From: a virus
Lineage: Duplodnaviria; Heunggongvirae; Uroviricota; Caudoviricetes
DNA: 64,000 nucleotides
Virus record (IMG/VR): IMGVR_UViG_3300047393_000100
Reading direction: 5' to 3' (one strand)
Shown: piece by piece, positions 8,452 to 19,172 of the stretch
How the letters are laid out: the number at the start of each line of letters is the position of its first letter
How positions within the stretch are numbered: the stretch's first letter is position 1
The notes under the pieces: model-generated
What the model was told of the DNA's origin: nothing
Database searches by the model: none
What the model saw: the letters and a program-made list of their open reading frames with translations, nothing else
Translations under genes and position numbers: made by a program

Positions 8452-9411
8452 ATGAATATTAAAGGAATTCATGTGTTTAAGGGAGTAAGTGAAAAATCTT
8501 ACTCCGAACACATCTTATTGATTCAAACACTTTCTGCCCTAGAGTGGAAGAAAAATGGACCAATACATTTATATACTACAGAAAAGGATTTAATCTTTTT
8601 CAAAAAAATGGGCATGGATGTTTTATATGATAATATAAATACTGATGTTCTTGAAGAGCCAGACGATATATATTGGCCACACTTCGGTGCTGCTACTAAA
8701 ATGAAGGTTCTTAATTCCATTCAAGAATTTCCAGTTGCATTTATAGATAATGATTTAATTTATAAGGATAAATTAGATGAGTCTATTTTAAATTATGATA
8801 TAACCTATTTGCATGATGAAGGCAGATTTTGGAGAAATTATCCAGATGTGTCTTTATTGGGTAAAAGAAAGGATTATCAATTTCCAAATATTCCGGAACT
8901 TAATACATGTAATCCCATTAATGTTGGATTCTTTATTATAAATAATAAAGAACTTAAAGAAAGATATTGCAAACTAGCATTAGATTTCATGACTAAAAAT
9001 AATAGTTTATCTGCTCCTGTTAAATGGGCAAATCCTGACCTAAGAAAGTTTTGGAAACCATTATTTGCAGAACAACGATTATTATCTGCAGTCGTCGATA
9101 ATGGAGGATTTACAAGAAACCAATTATTTCCATATACATATTATGGAGATACTTGTAATTGGACGCATATTAAAGAAAATGTTAGAATTACCAGCGATAA
9201 TTTATATAAAAAGGAAAAGTTTACATGGTTTCATTTATGGGGAGAAAAGGTGGCATACAAAAAGCCAGCATTTAAACCTCTTAAAGTTATAATGTTTTAT
9301 CAATTATTGAATGAATTATTTAATAGAAAAGACCAAAGAATCACACAAATTGCATGGAATATTTTGGATTGGTTAAAGAAATCAAATTCATCTAATGAAT
9401 ATAATATATGA
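8452..9411 (+). CDS. putative nucleotide-sugar transferase-like protein, paralog family 2
   Basis: Clear paralog of 10995..11966 (..NGPI.LYT...DxLYDxINTxxL..) and more distantly of 10129..10998. Confidence 0.55.
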   Translation: MNIKGIHVFKGVSEKSYSEHILLIQTLSALEWKKNGPIHLYTTEKDLIFFKKMGMDVLYDNINTDVLEEPDDIYWPHFGAATKMKVLNSIQEFPVAFIDNDLIYKDKLDESILNYDITYLHDEGRFWRNYPDVSLLGKRKDYQFPNIPELNTCNPINVGFFIINNKELKERYCKLALDFMTKNNSLSAPVKWANPDLRKFWKPLFAEQRLLSAVVDNGGFTRNQLFPYTYYGDTCNWTHIKENVRITSDNLYKKEKFTWFHLWGEKVAYKKPAFKPLKVIMFYQLLNELFNRKDQRITQIAWNILDWLKKSNSSNEYNI

Positions 9412-10154
9412 AAATAGAAGTAGTAACATTTGTAAATATATCTACAAATTATGCACGCAAATATAAAAAATGTATAGATTCTCAGAGAGAATGGGCCCAA
9501 TTACATGGAATGGGATATACTGTATTTGAATATGCTGCTAAAAATGATTTGCAAAATGATTGGGAATTTTATATTAATTATTTTAATATAATAAGGGAAG
9601 ATGGAATCTATTATCTTGGAATATTACCAAGTGTTATGATTTTAAATAAACATGAAAATCCATTTGAAAATATTCAATGGGGTGGAATTCTTGTCAACTC
9701 ATGCGTAAATCCATCATTCTATATGTCGCCAAACATAACTGATGAATATTTATTAGAAACTATAATGTTTTCTAAATTATTTAAAGATACTCCTACTAGT
9801 TTACCAATGTTAGGACTTAGAATTATTATTTGTAAGACAATTGATTATGTTGTAGAATATAAAGATTTGCATGTTGGCATGCCATATATTCAGGGTCTTT
9901 CATCTGGAATGGAAATGCACTTAGATACAAATAAAGAAGGTATTGTTGAAGTTTCGTATAGTCCTAGATTGTTAGAAGATGATCAGTTCTATCGACCTGG
10001 AGATTTTGCAGTTAATATTCCATTTAAAAATAACTTTGGGAAAGCATATATTATAGAATTCTCTCGTATTAAAAAACAGATAGATAAGATAATGAAATTA
10101 GGAAAGAGTTTGGAACAAGATTTATCATATGAAAAAGGCAATTTGGGTTCTTGA
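9408..10154 (+). CDS. hypothetical protein (possible GT-A-like transferase)
   Basis: The N-terminus MKIEVVTFVN resembles the start of Gma12/Mnn10-type sugar transferases. Weak. Confidence 0.4.
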   Translation: MKIEVVTFVNISTNYARKYKKCIDSQREWAQLHGMGYTVFEYAAKNDLQNDWEFYINYFNIIREDGIYYLGILPSVMILNKHENPFENIQWGGILVNSCVNPSFYMSPNITDEYLLETIMFSKLFKDTPTSLPMLGLRIIICKTIDYVVEYKDLHVGMPYIQGLSSGMEMHLDTNKEGIVEVSYSPRLLEDDQFYRPGDFAVNIPFKNNFGKAYIIEFSRIKKQIDKIMKLGKSLEQDLSYEKGNLGS

Positions 10155-10998
10155 AAATATTAAAGAATCTGACGATTTCTATGATGAATTAACAATTATT
10201 ATGTTAATTGCAAGTATATGCTCATGGAAAAGGCATAATATTACATTTGATGAATTGCATTGCGATTCTAGAACACTAGAAAAATTAAAAGAATTTAATA
10301 TATTACATCTATGGGATAACGTAGATACTTCGATCGTTGATTCCTATACATCCATTAATAAAACTACATTTTGGGCAAGTTCAAAGGTTAGAGTCCTACT
10401 TGCACAAAATGAGTGTGTTTCATTAATTGACACTGATTTTATTTCATATGCTCCTATTTATAATATTGGAAATGAATATCCTATAATCTATTCGCATGAT
10501 GAAGATGGATTACAGTGGTATTGTGGAACAGAAGATCCCTATATTAAGAAAATAAAAGGATTGCCTATATGGCTAATCCATACTCCAAATAAATCAGCGC
10601 TCAATGTATGTTATTTAAGTTTTAATGATATAGAAATCCAACAGGAATATGCAAAATATGCCGTGAAATGCATGGAAGAATTAAGTATGTATGATGCTCC
10701 AGTAGGGGTGCACATGGTCTGGGCAGAGCAAAAAATACTCAAACAGATTATTACACATCACCAAATCGAGTGTAAGACATTGATTAAGAATGTATTCTCA
10801 TGTGAATCTAAGAACTTTAAAGAAGATCTTTTTAACTATTCAGGGGAATGGACATATAATGAATCTTTAACTAAATATTATCATGTTGGATTTGATAAAA
10901 AAGATCTTAGAAACGAAGGATCCGATTTAAAATTCTTATATATAATTTGTAGAGATTATATAGATATAGAGTCACTTAAACTTAAATTCACAAAATGA
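10129..10998 (+). CDS. paralog family 2 protein
   Basis: Similar architecture to 8452 and 10995. Confidence 0.5.
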   Translation: MKKAIWVLENIKESDDFYDELTIIMLIASICSWKRHNITFDELHCDSRTLEKLKEFNILHLWDNVDTSIVDSYTSINKTTFWASSKVRVLLAQNECVSLIDTDFISYAPIYNIGNEYPIIYSHDEDGLQWYCGTEDPYIKKIKGLPIWLIHTPNKSALNVCYLSFNDIEIQQEYAKYAVKCMEELSMYDAPVGVHMVWAEQKILKQIITHHQIECKTLIKNVFSCESKNFKEDLFNYSGEWTYNESLTKYYHVGFDKKDLRNEGSDLKFLYIICRDYIDIESLKLKFTK

Positions 10999-11966
10999 AA
11001 GCAATACATGTAAATTGGACTGCACCTTTTTTTAATAAAGAAAGACTAAGAGGACATGGATTTTCTATAACTAAAGATTTAAATTCAATAGAGTATAGTA
11101 TTCCCGACTATCAAATATTATATACAATTCTATCAATACTTAGATGGAAATTACATAATGGACCTATAAAATTATACACAGATTCAATAGGTTTAAATTA
11201 TTATAAAACAATCGGAATAGATGCATTATACGATGATATCAATACTGAGTTTCTAGATAATTTAACGGGAGTCGATGCAGCGTATTACTGGACTTCTGGC
11301 AAAATACAAGCACTTCGAAACGAAAATGAACCATTTGTGTTTTTAGATCAGGATTTTATAGTTAGAGGAACCATACCAGAATCCTTTTATTATGGAGATA
11401 TTGGAATTGGACACTGGGAAATTCCAAGAGGTAATTATTATTTTACTAAAAAACAGTGGGAGTCTGAAATTAAACATGTTTCATTTCCTATAAATTATAA
11501 TTGTAATGCATATTCACCTAATACATCTTTTGTTTATTTTGGATCTAATTCTGCCATTGATGAATACGTAAACGCACATAAAGAATTAATAAACTCCGGA
11601 GATAATGAAGTACCTGAGTGGTTTTGGTTAGCAACTGACCAAGGTATTTTAGGACATATTATTAGGGAACATGAATATCACACAAATACATTAACAAATA
11701 GAATATTTTTAGCAGATAGCGATTATGCTAAAGTAGAAGATAGAAAGTTTGGATATTCTGAACAATGGTACTATCCAACTGAATTTGATTCTAGTAAAAA
11801 TGAATTAGAATGGGAACACGTTTGGTTAGCCAAGGTGGTATATGCGTCAAATCCTTTATTATTATCGAATGACTGCACACGATTTTATGAAGAGATAAAA
11901 AACGTTTTTCCAGAATATTCTTATATTTTAAAAGAAACAAGATTAAAACAATATGAAAATAGTTAG
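10995..11966 (+). CDS. paralog family 2 protein
   Basis: Strong similarity to 8452..9411. Confidence 0.55.
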   Translation: MKAIHVNWTAPFFNKERLRGHGFSITKDLNSIEYSIPDYQILYTILSILRWKLHNGPIKLYTDSIGLNYYKTIGIDALYDDINTEFLDNLTGVDAAYYWTSGKIQALRNENEPFVFLDQDFIVRGTIPESFYYGDIGIGHWEIPRGNYYFTKKQWESEIKHVSFPINYNCNAYSPNTSFVYFGSNSAIDEYVNAHKELINSGDNEVPEWFWLATDQGILGHIIREHEYHTNTLTNRIFLADSDYAKVEDRKFGYSEQWYYPTEFDSSKNELEWEHVWLAKVVYASNPLLLSNDCTRFYEEIKNVFPEYSYILKETRLKQYENS

Positions 11967-12741
11967 AGTTCTTTGGGGTAATAGTGATACTACATGGAAT
12001 GAAATTCCTGAAAAACCACTATTCGATAATGAAATAGTATATGTATGGGGAACTGAAAATCAGGCAAGATTAATTTCTAGAGGATATAATACAATTATAT
12101 TAGGACCTTATATCACACAACCAGAATACAGCAACATATATACTCATTTCGTGCATAAATTACATGCTCTTTCCGTTGCTGAAAAGGATTTCGAAGAATA
12201 TCTATTTTTGGATTGGGATGTTAATATTGTAAAAAAAATAGATGACCAGTTCTGGGATTTAATAAGAAGCAATGGACCTATACAGATTCCAACGTATAGT
12301 TATCCTAAAGGATATGAAAGTGTTGTATCAAAATTCTTATTAGATAATCCTGAAAATGAAAAGGTTAAGAATTTAGATCCTAACATTATTAAATGGATTA
12401 ATGTACAAAATACAATGTTAGAGAAATATAGCTGGGATTTTGAGGATATTAATGTTGTTCCTAATTTCTGTTTTTTTTATTCAAATGGTACAAATGCAAT
12501 ATCTAAACTTATGGAAATATATCGTAAATACAATATTAAAACATGTATTGAAGAATTTTGTATGTTTATTTTTGCAAACTGCACACTTGAAGATTTTATA
12601 AATACATATGAACCTCTGGTTATTAATGGATGTAGAGATGATTATCATCATTTTGATAATTTAGATGACTATTCAATACTAAAAATAAATCAGCATGTAA
12701 AAACCATAATATATAAAAATATTTATCTAGTACATCAATAA
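11953..12741 (+). CDS. hypothetical protein (possible transferase)
   Basis: ORF; N-terminus MKIVRVLWG. Confidence 0.45.
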   Translation: MKIVRVLWGNSDTTWNEIPEKPLFDNEIVYVWGTENQARLISRGYNTIILGPYITQPEYSNIYTHFVHKLHALSVAEKDFEEYLFLDWDVNIVKKIDDQFWDLIRSNGPIQIPTYSYPKGYESVVSKFLLDNPENEKVKNLDPNIIKWINVQNTMLEKYSWDFEDINVVPNFCFFYSNGTNAISKLMEIYRKYNIKTCIEEFCMFIFANCTLEDFINTYEPLVINGCRDDYHHFDNLDDYSILKINQHVKTIIYKNIYLVHQ

Positions 12742-12742
12742 T

Positions 12743-13456
12743 ATGCATTTTAAAGATCCAATAATAGAGTCAGGCATCCAAGATATTAAATATCTAGCAC
12801 CAATTCCAATATATCAACATCAATTTGAAGATGATGATTTCAGTAATAGAGTTTATGCATTTGGGTTTGAAACCTTAAATGAAAAACAAAAACAAATGGG
12901 ACAAGAACTTCCAGGAAGATTTGATGATGAGAGGCAAGAAACATTCCAAGTATGGTATGACAGAGCAGATCAATGGGTAGAGGAAAATGAATTACAACCA
13001 ATTGGCAGCAGATTTTGGACACCTCCTAATGATTTTTTAGATATTGATAATGTGGATGTTCATATAATTAGGCAAAGAATTGAAAATGGATATTTACATT
13101 TATTGAATTCTCTTGGATATTCACATGAATCAACTCCAATAATTACTGAAAGTTGGATGCAATATTATGATCCATATAGCGGAAGAGGACATAATGCACA
13201 TAATCACTGTAGATGGAGTGCAAGTGAAGCAAAACCAATGATGTTTAGTGGAGGTTACTACCTATCAGATGGATTACCAATTAAAGACCATCCATACTCT
13301 GGAGTATTTGCGTTTCATATTAGAGGTATGAAATATTATATAAGACCCAAAAAAGGAATGTTAATTATTTGGCCTTATGATATTATTCATTCTGTTGAGC
13401 CTTTTTATGGAGCAGAGCACCGATGTGTAATTAACTTTAATATACAACTCAAGTAA
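12743..13456 (+). CDS. putative 2OG-Fe(II) oxygenase
   Basis: C-terminal H..D...H-like pattern (WPYDIIHSVEP..AEHR). Weaker than 13456. Confidence 0.45.
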   Translation: MHFKDPIIESGIQDIKYLAPIPIYQHQFEDDDFSNRVYAFGFETLNEKQKQMGQELPGRFDDERQETFQVWYDRADQWVEENELQPIGSRFWTPPNDFLDIDNVDVHIIRQRIENGYLHLLNSLGYSHESTPIITESWMQYYDPYSGRGHNAHNHCRWSASEAKPMMFSGGYYLSDGLPIKDHPYSGVFAFHIRGMKYYIRPKKGMLIIWPYDIIHSVEPFYGAEHRCVINFNIQLK

Positions 13457-14016
13457 TGGAAAATATAGGATATGATATTTTCGTTTTTAGAAAAAGTATT
13501 CCTTTTCAAACAATAGAATTATGTAATACTATTAGAAATGAATCCAACTCTGATGGAAGAATCGATGCTAACGATATTTTAATGGAAAGCTTTAATAGTT
13601 TTATTAAAGAATTATATAATGATGTGATTCTAGATTATTTAAAAATATATGATGTAGAGAACGGAATAGGTTATAACTCAAGTATTGATACCGTTAATGA
13701 AATTAAGGAGTATGTTAGTCCATTATGGCGAGAAGTATTTTTATTAAAATATTCTGAAACATATCCCATCTCTTATGAAAAAAACGTGCATTGGGATTTT
13801 TCTATGTTTACTATTGTCGGATGTTTAAACGATGAATTTGAAGGAGGTGAACTTGAATTTCCTAGGCAAGAAATAAGTGTTTTATTAAAAAAAGGAGATA
13901 TTGTGATTTTTCCAGGAGGGTTAACCCATCCGCATTTTGTGAATAAAGTTACCAAGGGAGAGAGATATGTTATCGTTGGTCAAACCCTATATCCTGGCTT
14001 AAATAAAATAAAATAA
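13456..14016 (+). CDS. 2OG-Fe(II) oxygenase (prolyl 4-hydroxylase-like)
   Basis: FPGGLTHPHFVNKVTKGERYVIVGQ and an upstream H.D-like segment, typical of the P4Hc family. Confidence 0.6.
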   Translation: MENIGYDIFVFRKSIPFQTIELCNTIRNESNSDGRIDANDILMESFNSFIKELYNDVILDYLKIYDVENGIGYNSSIDTVNEIKEYVSPLWREVFLLKYSETYPISYEKNVHWDFSMFTIVGCLNDEFEGGELEFPRQEISVLLKKGDIVIFPGGLTHPHFVNKVTKGERYVIVGQTLYPGLNKIK

Positions 14017-15063
14017 ATGAAAGTATATTGTACATTACCATTTACCAGAATGAAAATAAATTCTGATGGAGAATATCATTCATGTTGCCACCAGAATATA
14101 CATTATGGAAATATAATAAAGGAGGATATTACAATAAAGGAAGCATTTGATAAAGACATTATCAAAGATATTCAAAATTCTATTTTAGGAAATAATTTAC
14201 ACGATGCTTGTAATACCCCTAGGTGTCCATTTTATTCAAAACGAAATGAATTAGATACGCTATTCATGAACGATGTAGAATATACGGACCAACCTATTGA
14301 TTTTGAACTTTCATTACCATCTTCGCATTGTAATATAGGAGGAACAGACCCTACACCTGATACTGCATGCCCAATGTGCCCTAGGGCATCTGTGTCTTTT
14401 ATTGAGCATGAACCATCCATTGATTTAATAGAAATAGTATTGGATAAATTAAAACCTATTATGAATAAGGTTAAAATACTAAATATACAGGGAATCGCTG
14501 AACCGTTTTGGAAAGGAAAAGTATTTGAAATTTTAAATAAATTAGATTTTAAAAAATATAGAAATGTTATACATTTTTGGAGTTTTACAAATGGAACAGT
14601 ATTTGGAGATAAAATACAAGATAAATTTATAGAAATGGTAGGATTTGCTAGTTTAGGATTTTCAATAGATGCAGCAACACCCGAAACGTATATTAAAGTA
14701 AGAAAATTAAATTACTTTAAAACTATTGAGAGAAATTTAAAAAAATATTTCGAAAAAACAAAGAATCTTAAAAATGAAAATGGTTGGTTACATTCGTTTA
14801 CGACATATAATATCAATATGATAAATGTGCATGAAATGGAACAAATGGTCAGGTGGTCACATGGGATAGGGGCAGATAGAACAGAATTTACATTAACATT
14901 TATAAGTGCTCCTGAAATTCCAATAGGTACCGAAAATATATGTAATAAAGATAATTGGCATATATTTTGGGAAGGACAACAAAGGGCGATGCATGTTGCA
15001 AAGGAATTAAATTATAGTGTAACATTTTATGTTCCATTTCATGGAGGATTTTTAAATAATTAA
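14017..15063 (+). CDS. Cys-rich protein (possible Fe-S or radical-SAM-related)
   Basis: Several Cys clusters (SCCHQ, CNTPRCP, CNIGG...CPMCP). No canonical CxxxCxxC. Confidence 0.45.
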   Translation: MKVYCTLPFTRMKINSDGEYHSCCHQNIHYGNIIKEDITIKEAFDKDIIKDIQNSILGNNLHDACNTPRCPFYSKRNELDTLFMNDVEYTDQPIDFELSLPSSHCNIGGTDPTPDTACPMCPRASVSFIEHEPSIDLIEIVLDKLKPIMNKVKILNIQGIAEPFWKGKVFEILNKLDFKKYRNVIHFWSFTNGTVFGDKIQDKFIEMVGFASLGFSIDAATPETYIKVRKLNYFKTIERNLKKYFEKTKNLKNENGWLHSFTTYNINMINVHEMEQMVRWSHGIGADRTEFTLTFISAPEIPIGTENICNKDNWHIFWEGQQRAMHVAKELNYSVTFYVPFHGGFLNN

Positions 15064-15065
15064 TT

Positions 15066-15968
15066 ATGAGAGATTTTATAGTTGCCAGGTCTTGGCGCAC
15101 GTTTGACAAACAACAATTAGTTGCACTTACTGAAATATGTAAAATAATTGTTCAACAAGAAAGATATATTGATAATGCCGAAATACATTTAAATATTAAT
15201 AATCCAAATCATGAAATGCAGGCAAAGGCATTTCAATTACTTCCCCCTGGTGTTAGTTTATTTTTTTATGATAACGCTGAACTTGAACAATACGTAAGGG
15301 ATTGTGGAATTGAACCAGACATAGAAAAGTACAGAGAATGGGAATGGATATACCATATCATATTACACCATAAATTATATCATGAAAGAGGTAATGATTA
15401 CGTTTTAACATATGATGATGATATTTTATTTAATGATGTTGATTTTTCAGATATAGTACATTTCGTAACTACTAAAATTCCATTTAGTATTGCGGATCAA
15501 TTTGTTGATGCAGATAAACCAATGATGGGTAAACTTATTGAAAAATTTGGCAATGAATTATTTGAAAATTATTATCGATGTCATGGTAATGATAAATCTG
15601 GAAACTCTGGTTTTATGGGATTTAACAACAGTACGATGTCTCTGTTTACTTCTAAGGAGGATTTTCAATGGTTGATTAATTCATTTATATATAAGAGATG
15701 GGACCACATGACGATGCAGGGTACATCATGGGACACCTATAAGGTATTAATACAGGAACAATCATTACTATCAATATTAAATAGAGCGTATTCAAATACG
15801 GAACATATCATACTATTACATAGTGATGGGTATATTTTGACAACCGACATGGAATTAATGAAACAGAGTAAAATAATGCATTTTATTTCAACTACAAAAT
15901 ATTCCGAAGAATACACGCAACTTATTGAGAATAAGTATACTATATTACAAGAGGTATTTAAAATATAA
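15066..15968 (+). CDS. hypothetical protein
   Basis: ORF. Confidence 0.5.
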   Translation: MRDFIVARSWRTFDKQQLVALTEICKIIVQQERYIDNAEIHLNINNPNHEMQAKAFQLLPPGVSLFFYDNAELEQYVRDCGIEPDIEKYREWEWIYHIILHHKLYHERGNDYVLTYDDDILFNDVDFSDIVHFVTTKIPFSIADQFVDADKPMMGKLIEKFGNELFENYYRCHGNDKSGNSGFMGFNNSTMSLFTSKEDFQWLINSFIYKRWDHMTMQGTSWDTYKVLIQEQSLLSILNRAYSNTEHIILLHSDGYILTTDMELMKQSKIMHFISTTKYSEEYTQLIENKYTILQEVFKI

Positions 15969-15998
15969 ATTGTTAATAACTTTCTTTGAAAATAAGTA

Positions 15999-16027
15999 GC
16001 CAAACATTTTTTTGTTTGGCTTTTTTT
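15999..16027 (+). terminator. Rho-independent terminator
   Basis: GCCAAAC-ATTTTTTT-GTTTGGC plus T7; duplicate of 2561-2589. Confidence 0.7.
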
Positions 16028-16030
16028 GTT

Positions 16031-16057
16031 TAGATTTACATTATAATTAAAACAAAT
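16031..16057 (+). promoter_or_regulatory. promoter-like box
   Basis: TAGATTTACATTATAATTAAAACAAAT. Confidence 0.55.
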
Positions 16058-16070
16058 AAAAAACACCATT

Positions 16071-16475
16071 ATGATGAATTCAATCCAAAAAGAAGTTAAA
16101 ATAGTTTTAAGTCCATCAAGCGAACAATATGCTAAAATTCGTGCAGAGTATTTTGAAAAAACAGGAAGCGATAATTACTATGATAATCGTGATCTTTTTG
16201 ACCAAATGGTTAAAGATGTTCAAACAGAATGGATATTGGAAAATGTAACATTTGGTAATGCACAATGTTTTGCTGAACCAATTCGTATCGCACACCCTGA
16301 TCAATGTGTTTCATTATATAATGACGGTAATGGAAGTTTCATTGGTAACACGTCTTGGAATGACCAGATTAAAATGTTTTGGGAGTACCCAGTATATTCA
16401 ATCGAAGGAGCAGAAATCATGCTGGCACGTCAACAAGAGGCCGAGGAGCAAGAATTAATTGCTTCTTGGGAGTAA
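16071..16475 (+). CDS. hypothetical protein
   Basis: ORF after a promoter box. Confidence 0.5.
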   Translation: MMNSIQKEVKIVLSPSSEQYAKIRAEYFEKTGSDNYYDNRDLFDQMVKDVQTEWILENVTFGNAQCFAEPIRIAHPDQCVSLYNDGNGSFIGNTSWNDQIKMFWEYPVYSIEGAEIMLARQQEAEEQELIASWE

Positions 16476-16582
16476 TTAATCTATAAGAATTGAAACAAAA
16501 AATCACAAGTGCAATATAACTTAAGTCTTTAAGCCTGAGGGTAAAATCATTAATCCCGGGAAACTTTTTAAATCTATAAATT

Positions 16583-16786
16583 ATGAAAATATTAATAATC
16601 TTATTAGCATTTCTTTCATTTTCATGTAAACCAGCAGAAGATCGTATAAAGGATCATAGCTACACCAAAGAATGGTATTACCAAAATGTTCAAAGATACC
16701 AAGTATATCAGACCAAATATGGCGAACGATACATATTGGTACTAAATAATAGAGAATCAAAGTACATTAGAAAATATTTAAAATAA
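16583..16786 (+). CDS. small lipoprotein
   Basis: Signal plus SFSC lipobox. Confidence 0.45.
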   Translation: MKILIILLAFLSFSCKPAEDRIKDHSYTKEWYYQNVQRYQVYQTKYGERYILVLNNRESKYIRKYLK

Positions 16787-16797
16787 TTATTATAGAT

Positions 16798-17142
16798 ATG
16801 AAAGCAATAACATATTATAGAGTATGCCATAAAGAAACACTACAGGGACTTTGGTACAATTACAATGGAGAATTTACTGGATTAATTCACAACGCATTTG
16901 ATTTTTGTGAGAATAGTTCATTAGAAATGGAATTCGATGAAACCATAGTTGGATGGTTATCTGCAGTAGAATCATTAGAAGATTTATGGAAATGGTTCAC
17001 TCAGGATGATATTAAAGAACTACAAGATTATGGCTGGTATATTCATGAATTCGAAGCAGAAGATGTTAAATTCTATGAAAGGTTTCAACATCTTGTAATT
17101 AAACAAGAAACATCAAAAGTAATAAAATTAATAAGACTTTAA
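16798..17142 (+). CDS. hypothetical protein
   Basis: ORF. Confidence 0.45.
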   Translation: MKAITYYRVCHKETLQGLWYNYNGEFTGLIHNAFDFCENSSLEMEFDETIVGWLSAVESLEDLWKWFTQDDIKELQDYGWYIHEFEAEDVKFYERFQHLVIKQETSKVIKLIRL

Positions 17143-17145
17143 ATC

Positions 17146-17562
17146 ATGGAAAAACTATCAAACTTAAAATGGTACCTTGCACTTCCAATATGGTATGCAA
17201 TAATGACCACTTTGACATTTATAATATGGTTTGGACTTTCTCAAGCTATGGGTGGACCTGAAGATGTATTTACAAATCCAGTAACCTGTCTTAAATTTTC
17301 AAGTCTAATGGCTATTCCATTTACTGCAATAACCTTATTAACGATTAATATGTCCAACTCTAGTCAGAAATTCTGGGATAGAGCCGAAGAGGTTAGTGAA
17401 AGAATTGAAGCTGCTGAAACTACAAAGGAACTGCATGAGATAATCAATGATGAATTTATAAAAGGTGGAACTCTTAGAAGATTATCAGGCGGAGGACCCC
17501 ACTATGAGAAAATGAAACAAATGATAGCCATTATAAAAACCAAACTTAAATACGTAAAATAA
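17146..17562 (+). CDS. membrane protein
   Basis: Two TM helices; ends in the IVNNFL-type repeat. Confidence 0.45.
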   Translation: MEKLSNLKWYLALPIWYAIMTTLTFIIWFGLSQAMGGPEDVFTNPVTCLKFSSLMAIPFTAITLLTINMSNSSQKFWDRAEEVSERIEAAETTKELHEIINDEFIKGGTLRRLSGGGPHYEKMKQMIAIIKTKLKYVK

Positions 17563-17613
17563 AATTGTTAATAACTTTTTGCAAATAAGTTTTCACGGGT
17601 CAAATTTAATAGC

Positions 17614-17640
17614 TATATTTACATTATAATTAAAACAAAT
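17614..17640 (+). promoter_or_regulatory. promoter-like box
   Basis: TATATTTACATTATAATTAAAACAAAT, preceded by the long repeat from 17566. Confidence 0.6.
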
Positions 17641-17645
17641 ATCAT

Positions 17646-17975
17646 ATGAACAGATTAATTTTTATTTTAGCAGGAGTGATTATAGTTGGATCAATCACAT
17701 TTGGAATTAAATCGTATAGCCACACTGAAACCATTAGTGCAAAGGTAGAAGGTAAGGAAAGAATCACAGAACAAAATGGAAAGCATTTAGATTCTTATTA
17801 TTTAGTGTATACTAACAAAGGTACCTTGAAGTTGGAAGATGACCTTTTTCGCGGTAATTTTTACTCAAGTGATGTGTATGGAAAACTTAGACAAGATTCT
17901 ACGTATACCTTTAAAACATCAGGTTACCGTATTGGTTTTATAAGTTCTTATCCTAATATCATAGAAGTTAAGTAA
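17646..17975 (+). CDS. membrane-anchored hypothetical protein
   Basis: N-terminal TM helix. Confidence 0.45.
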   Translation: MNRLIFILAGVIIVGSITFGIKSYSHTETISAKVEGKERITEQNGKHLDSYYLVYTNKGTLKLEDDLFRGNFYSSDVYGKLRQDSTYTFKTSGYRIGFISSYPNIIEVK

Positions 17976-17976
17976 T

Positions 17977-18387
17977 ATGGAAAAAGATTTTACACCTTAC
18001 GAACAAGCATTGGCCCTAAAAGAATTAGGGTTTAATAGAAGAACGTCTGCACAGTATAATACGCGACAAGGTGATGAATGGATATTAACATTTGATTTGT
18101 CGGGAGAAGGTCAATATCCTAACAATTCTTCAGCATGTATAGCACCAACATTCTCACAAGCATTTAGATGGTTTAGAGAGAAATATAGTTTATCTGTGTG
18201 GGTTACATCAAAAACAGTTGAGAGCAATACAATATACATTCCATGTGGTAGAACAATCCCCGATACTATCAAAAAAGAACTCGCTGTTGATATTATACCT
18301 TATGCAGCTTTTAAAAACTACGAAGAAGCAGAACTTGAATGTTTAAAGAAACTAATAGAAATCGTTAAAACAAAAGAAGTATGTTAA
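17977..18387 (+). CDS. hypothetical protein
   Basis: ORF. Confidence 0.45.
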   Translation: MEKDFTPYEQALALKELGFNRRTSAQYNTRQGDEWILTFDLSGEGQYPNNSSACIAPTFSQAFRWFREKYSLSVWVTSKTVESNTIYIPCGRTIPDTIKKELAVDIIPYAAFKNYEEAELECLKKLIEIVKTKEVC

Positions 18388-18626
18388 GCCCCGCAAAATA
18401 CGTAATTGTCAATGGATGTGCCATTATATTCTCAGCAGCAATCCAACACAAAGATATGGTTGGTTACAATAAAAAAGCAACAGGAGCTGGTTTTGTAAGA
18501 TTTATCTTTGATGAAAAAAACGATCAGATTAAAGCAATAGCTTATGGAAAATCAATCTCGCTTGGAATAGAGTCACATGAAAGAGACTCAAGAATTTTAA
18601 CAATGCAAATCACTAATACTTATTAA
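18381..18626 (+). CDS. hypothetical protein
   Basis: ORF. Confidence 0.4.
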   Translation: MLSPAKYVIVNGCAIIFSAAIQHKDMVGYNKKATGAGFVRFIFDEKNDQIKAIAYGKSISLGIESHERDSRILTMQITNTY

Positions 18627-18627
18627 A

Positions 18628-19038
18628 ATGCAAAAACATTATTTTGAATTAGATAAAGTAGAGTCAATTACTTTAACATTAGAAAGAGAATCAAGTTACC
18701 AATGGTATCCAGAGACCCCTGCTCCTCCTAAAACATTTTTGGGATTTTTATTTGGACAACAACCTTTAATTCCAGCGGGTTGGAATGAGTATAGAGATGA
18801 TGATGGAAATGAATGTAGACTATGGAATAGAAAACAATCCACATATTTTGCAGATTATTCATGGTATCGAATAGATGAAGTCAATAAAAAGATTTATAAT
18901 AAAGCGCACGTTACGGTGTATTTAAGTTATAAACATTCATTAGGAACAAATTTCGAATCTAATGAAGAGGCTCAGGAATATGTAGATTCATTAATAGAAG
19001 ATTCAGATAAAGGTTTTCACGTAATCATAAATAATTAA
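18628..19038 (+). CDS. hypothetical protein
   Basis: ORF. Confidence 0.45.
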   Translation: MQKHYFELDKVESITLTLERESSYQWYPETPAPPKTFLGFLFGQQPLIPAGWNEYRDDDGNECRLWNRKQSTYFADYSWYRIDEVNKKIYNKAHVTVYLSYKHSLGTNFESNEEAQEYVDSLIEDSDKGFHVIINN

Positions 19039-19172
19039 AAATATGAAACATTTTTCAATATCATTAGTATACATTGCATTCTTTACTTTAATCGGTTTTG
19101 CATGTTATTTTACAATGTCGGCATGGCCATTATGGGCACTAGTATTTACACCAACATATTCAAATAAAGATA

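Noticed and set aside
16252-16458. ORF 16252..16458 in an alternative frame inside 16071..16475.
   Set aside because: Embedded in the longer promoter-box-driven ORF.
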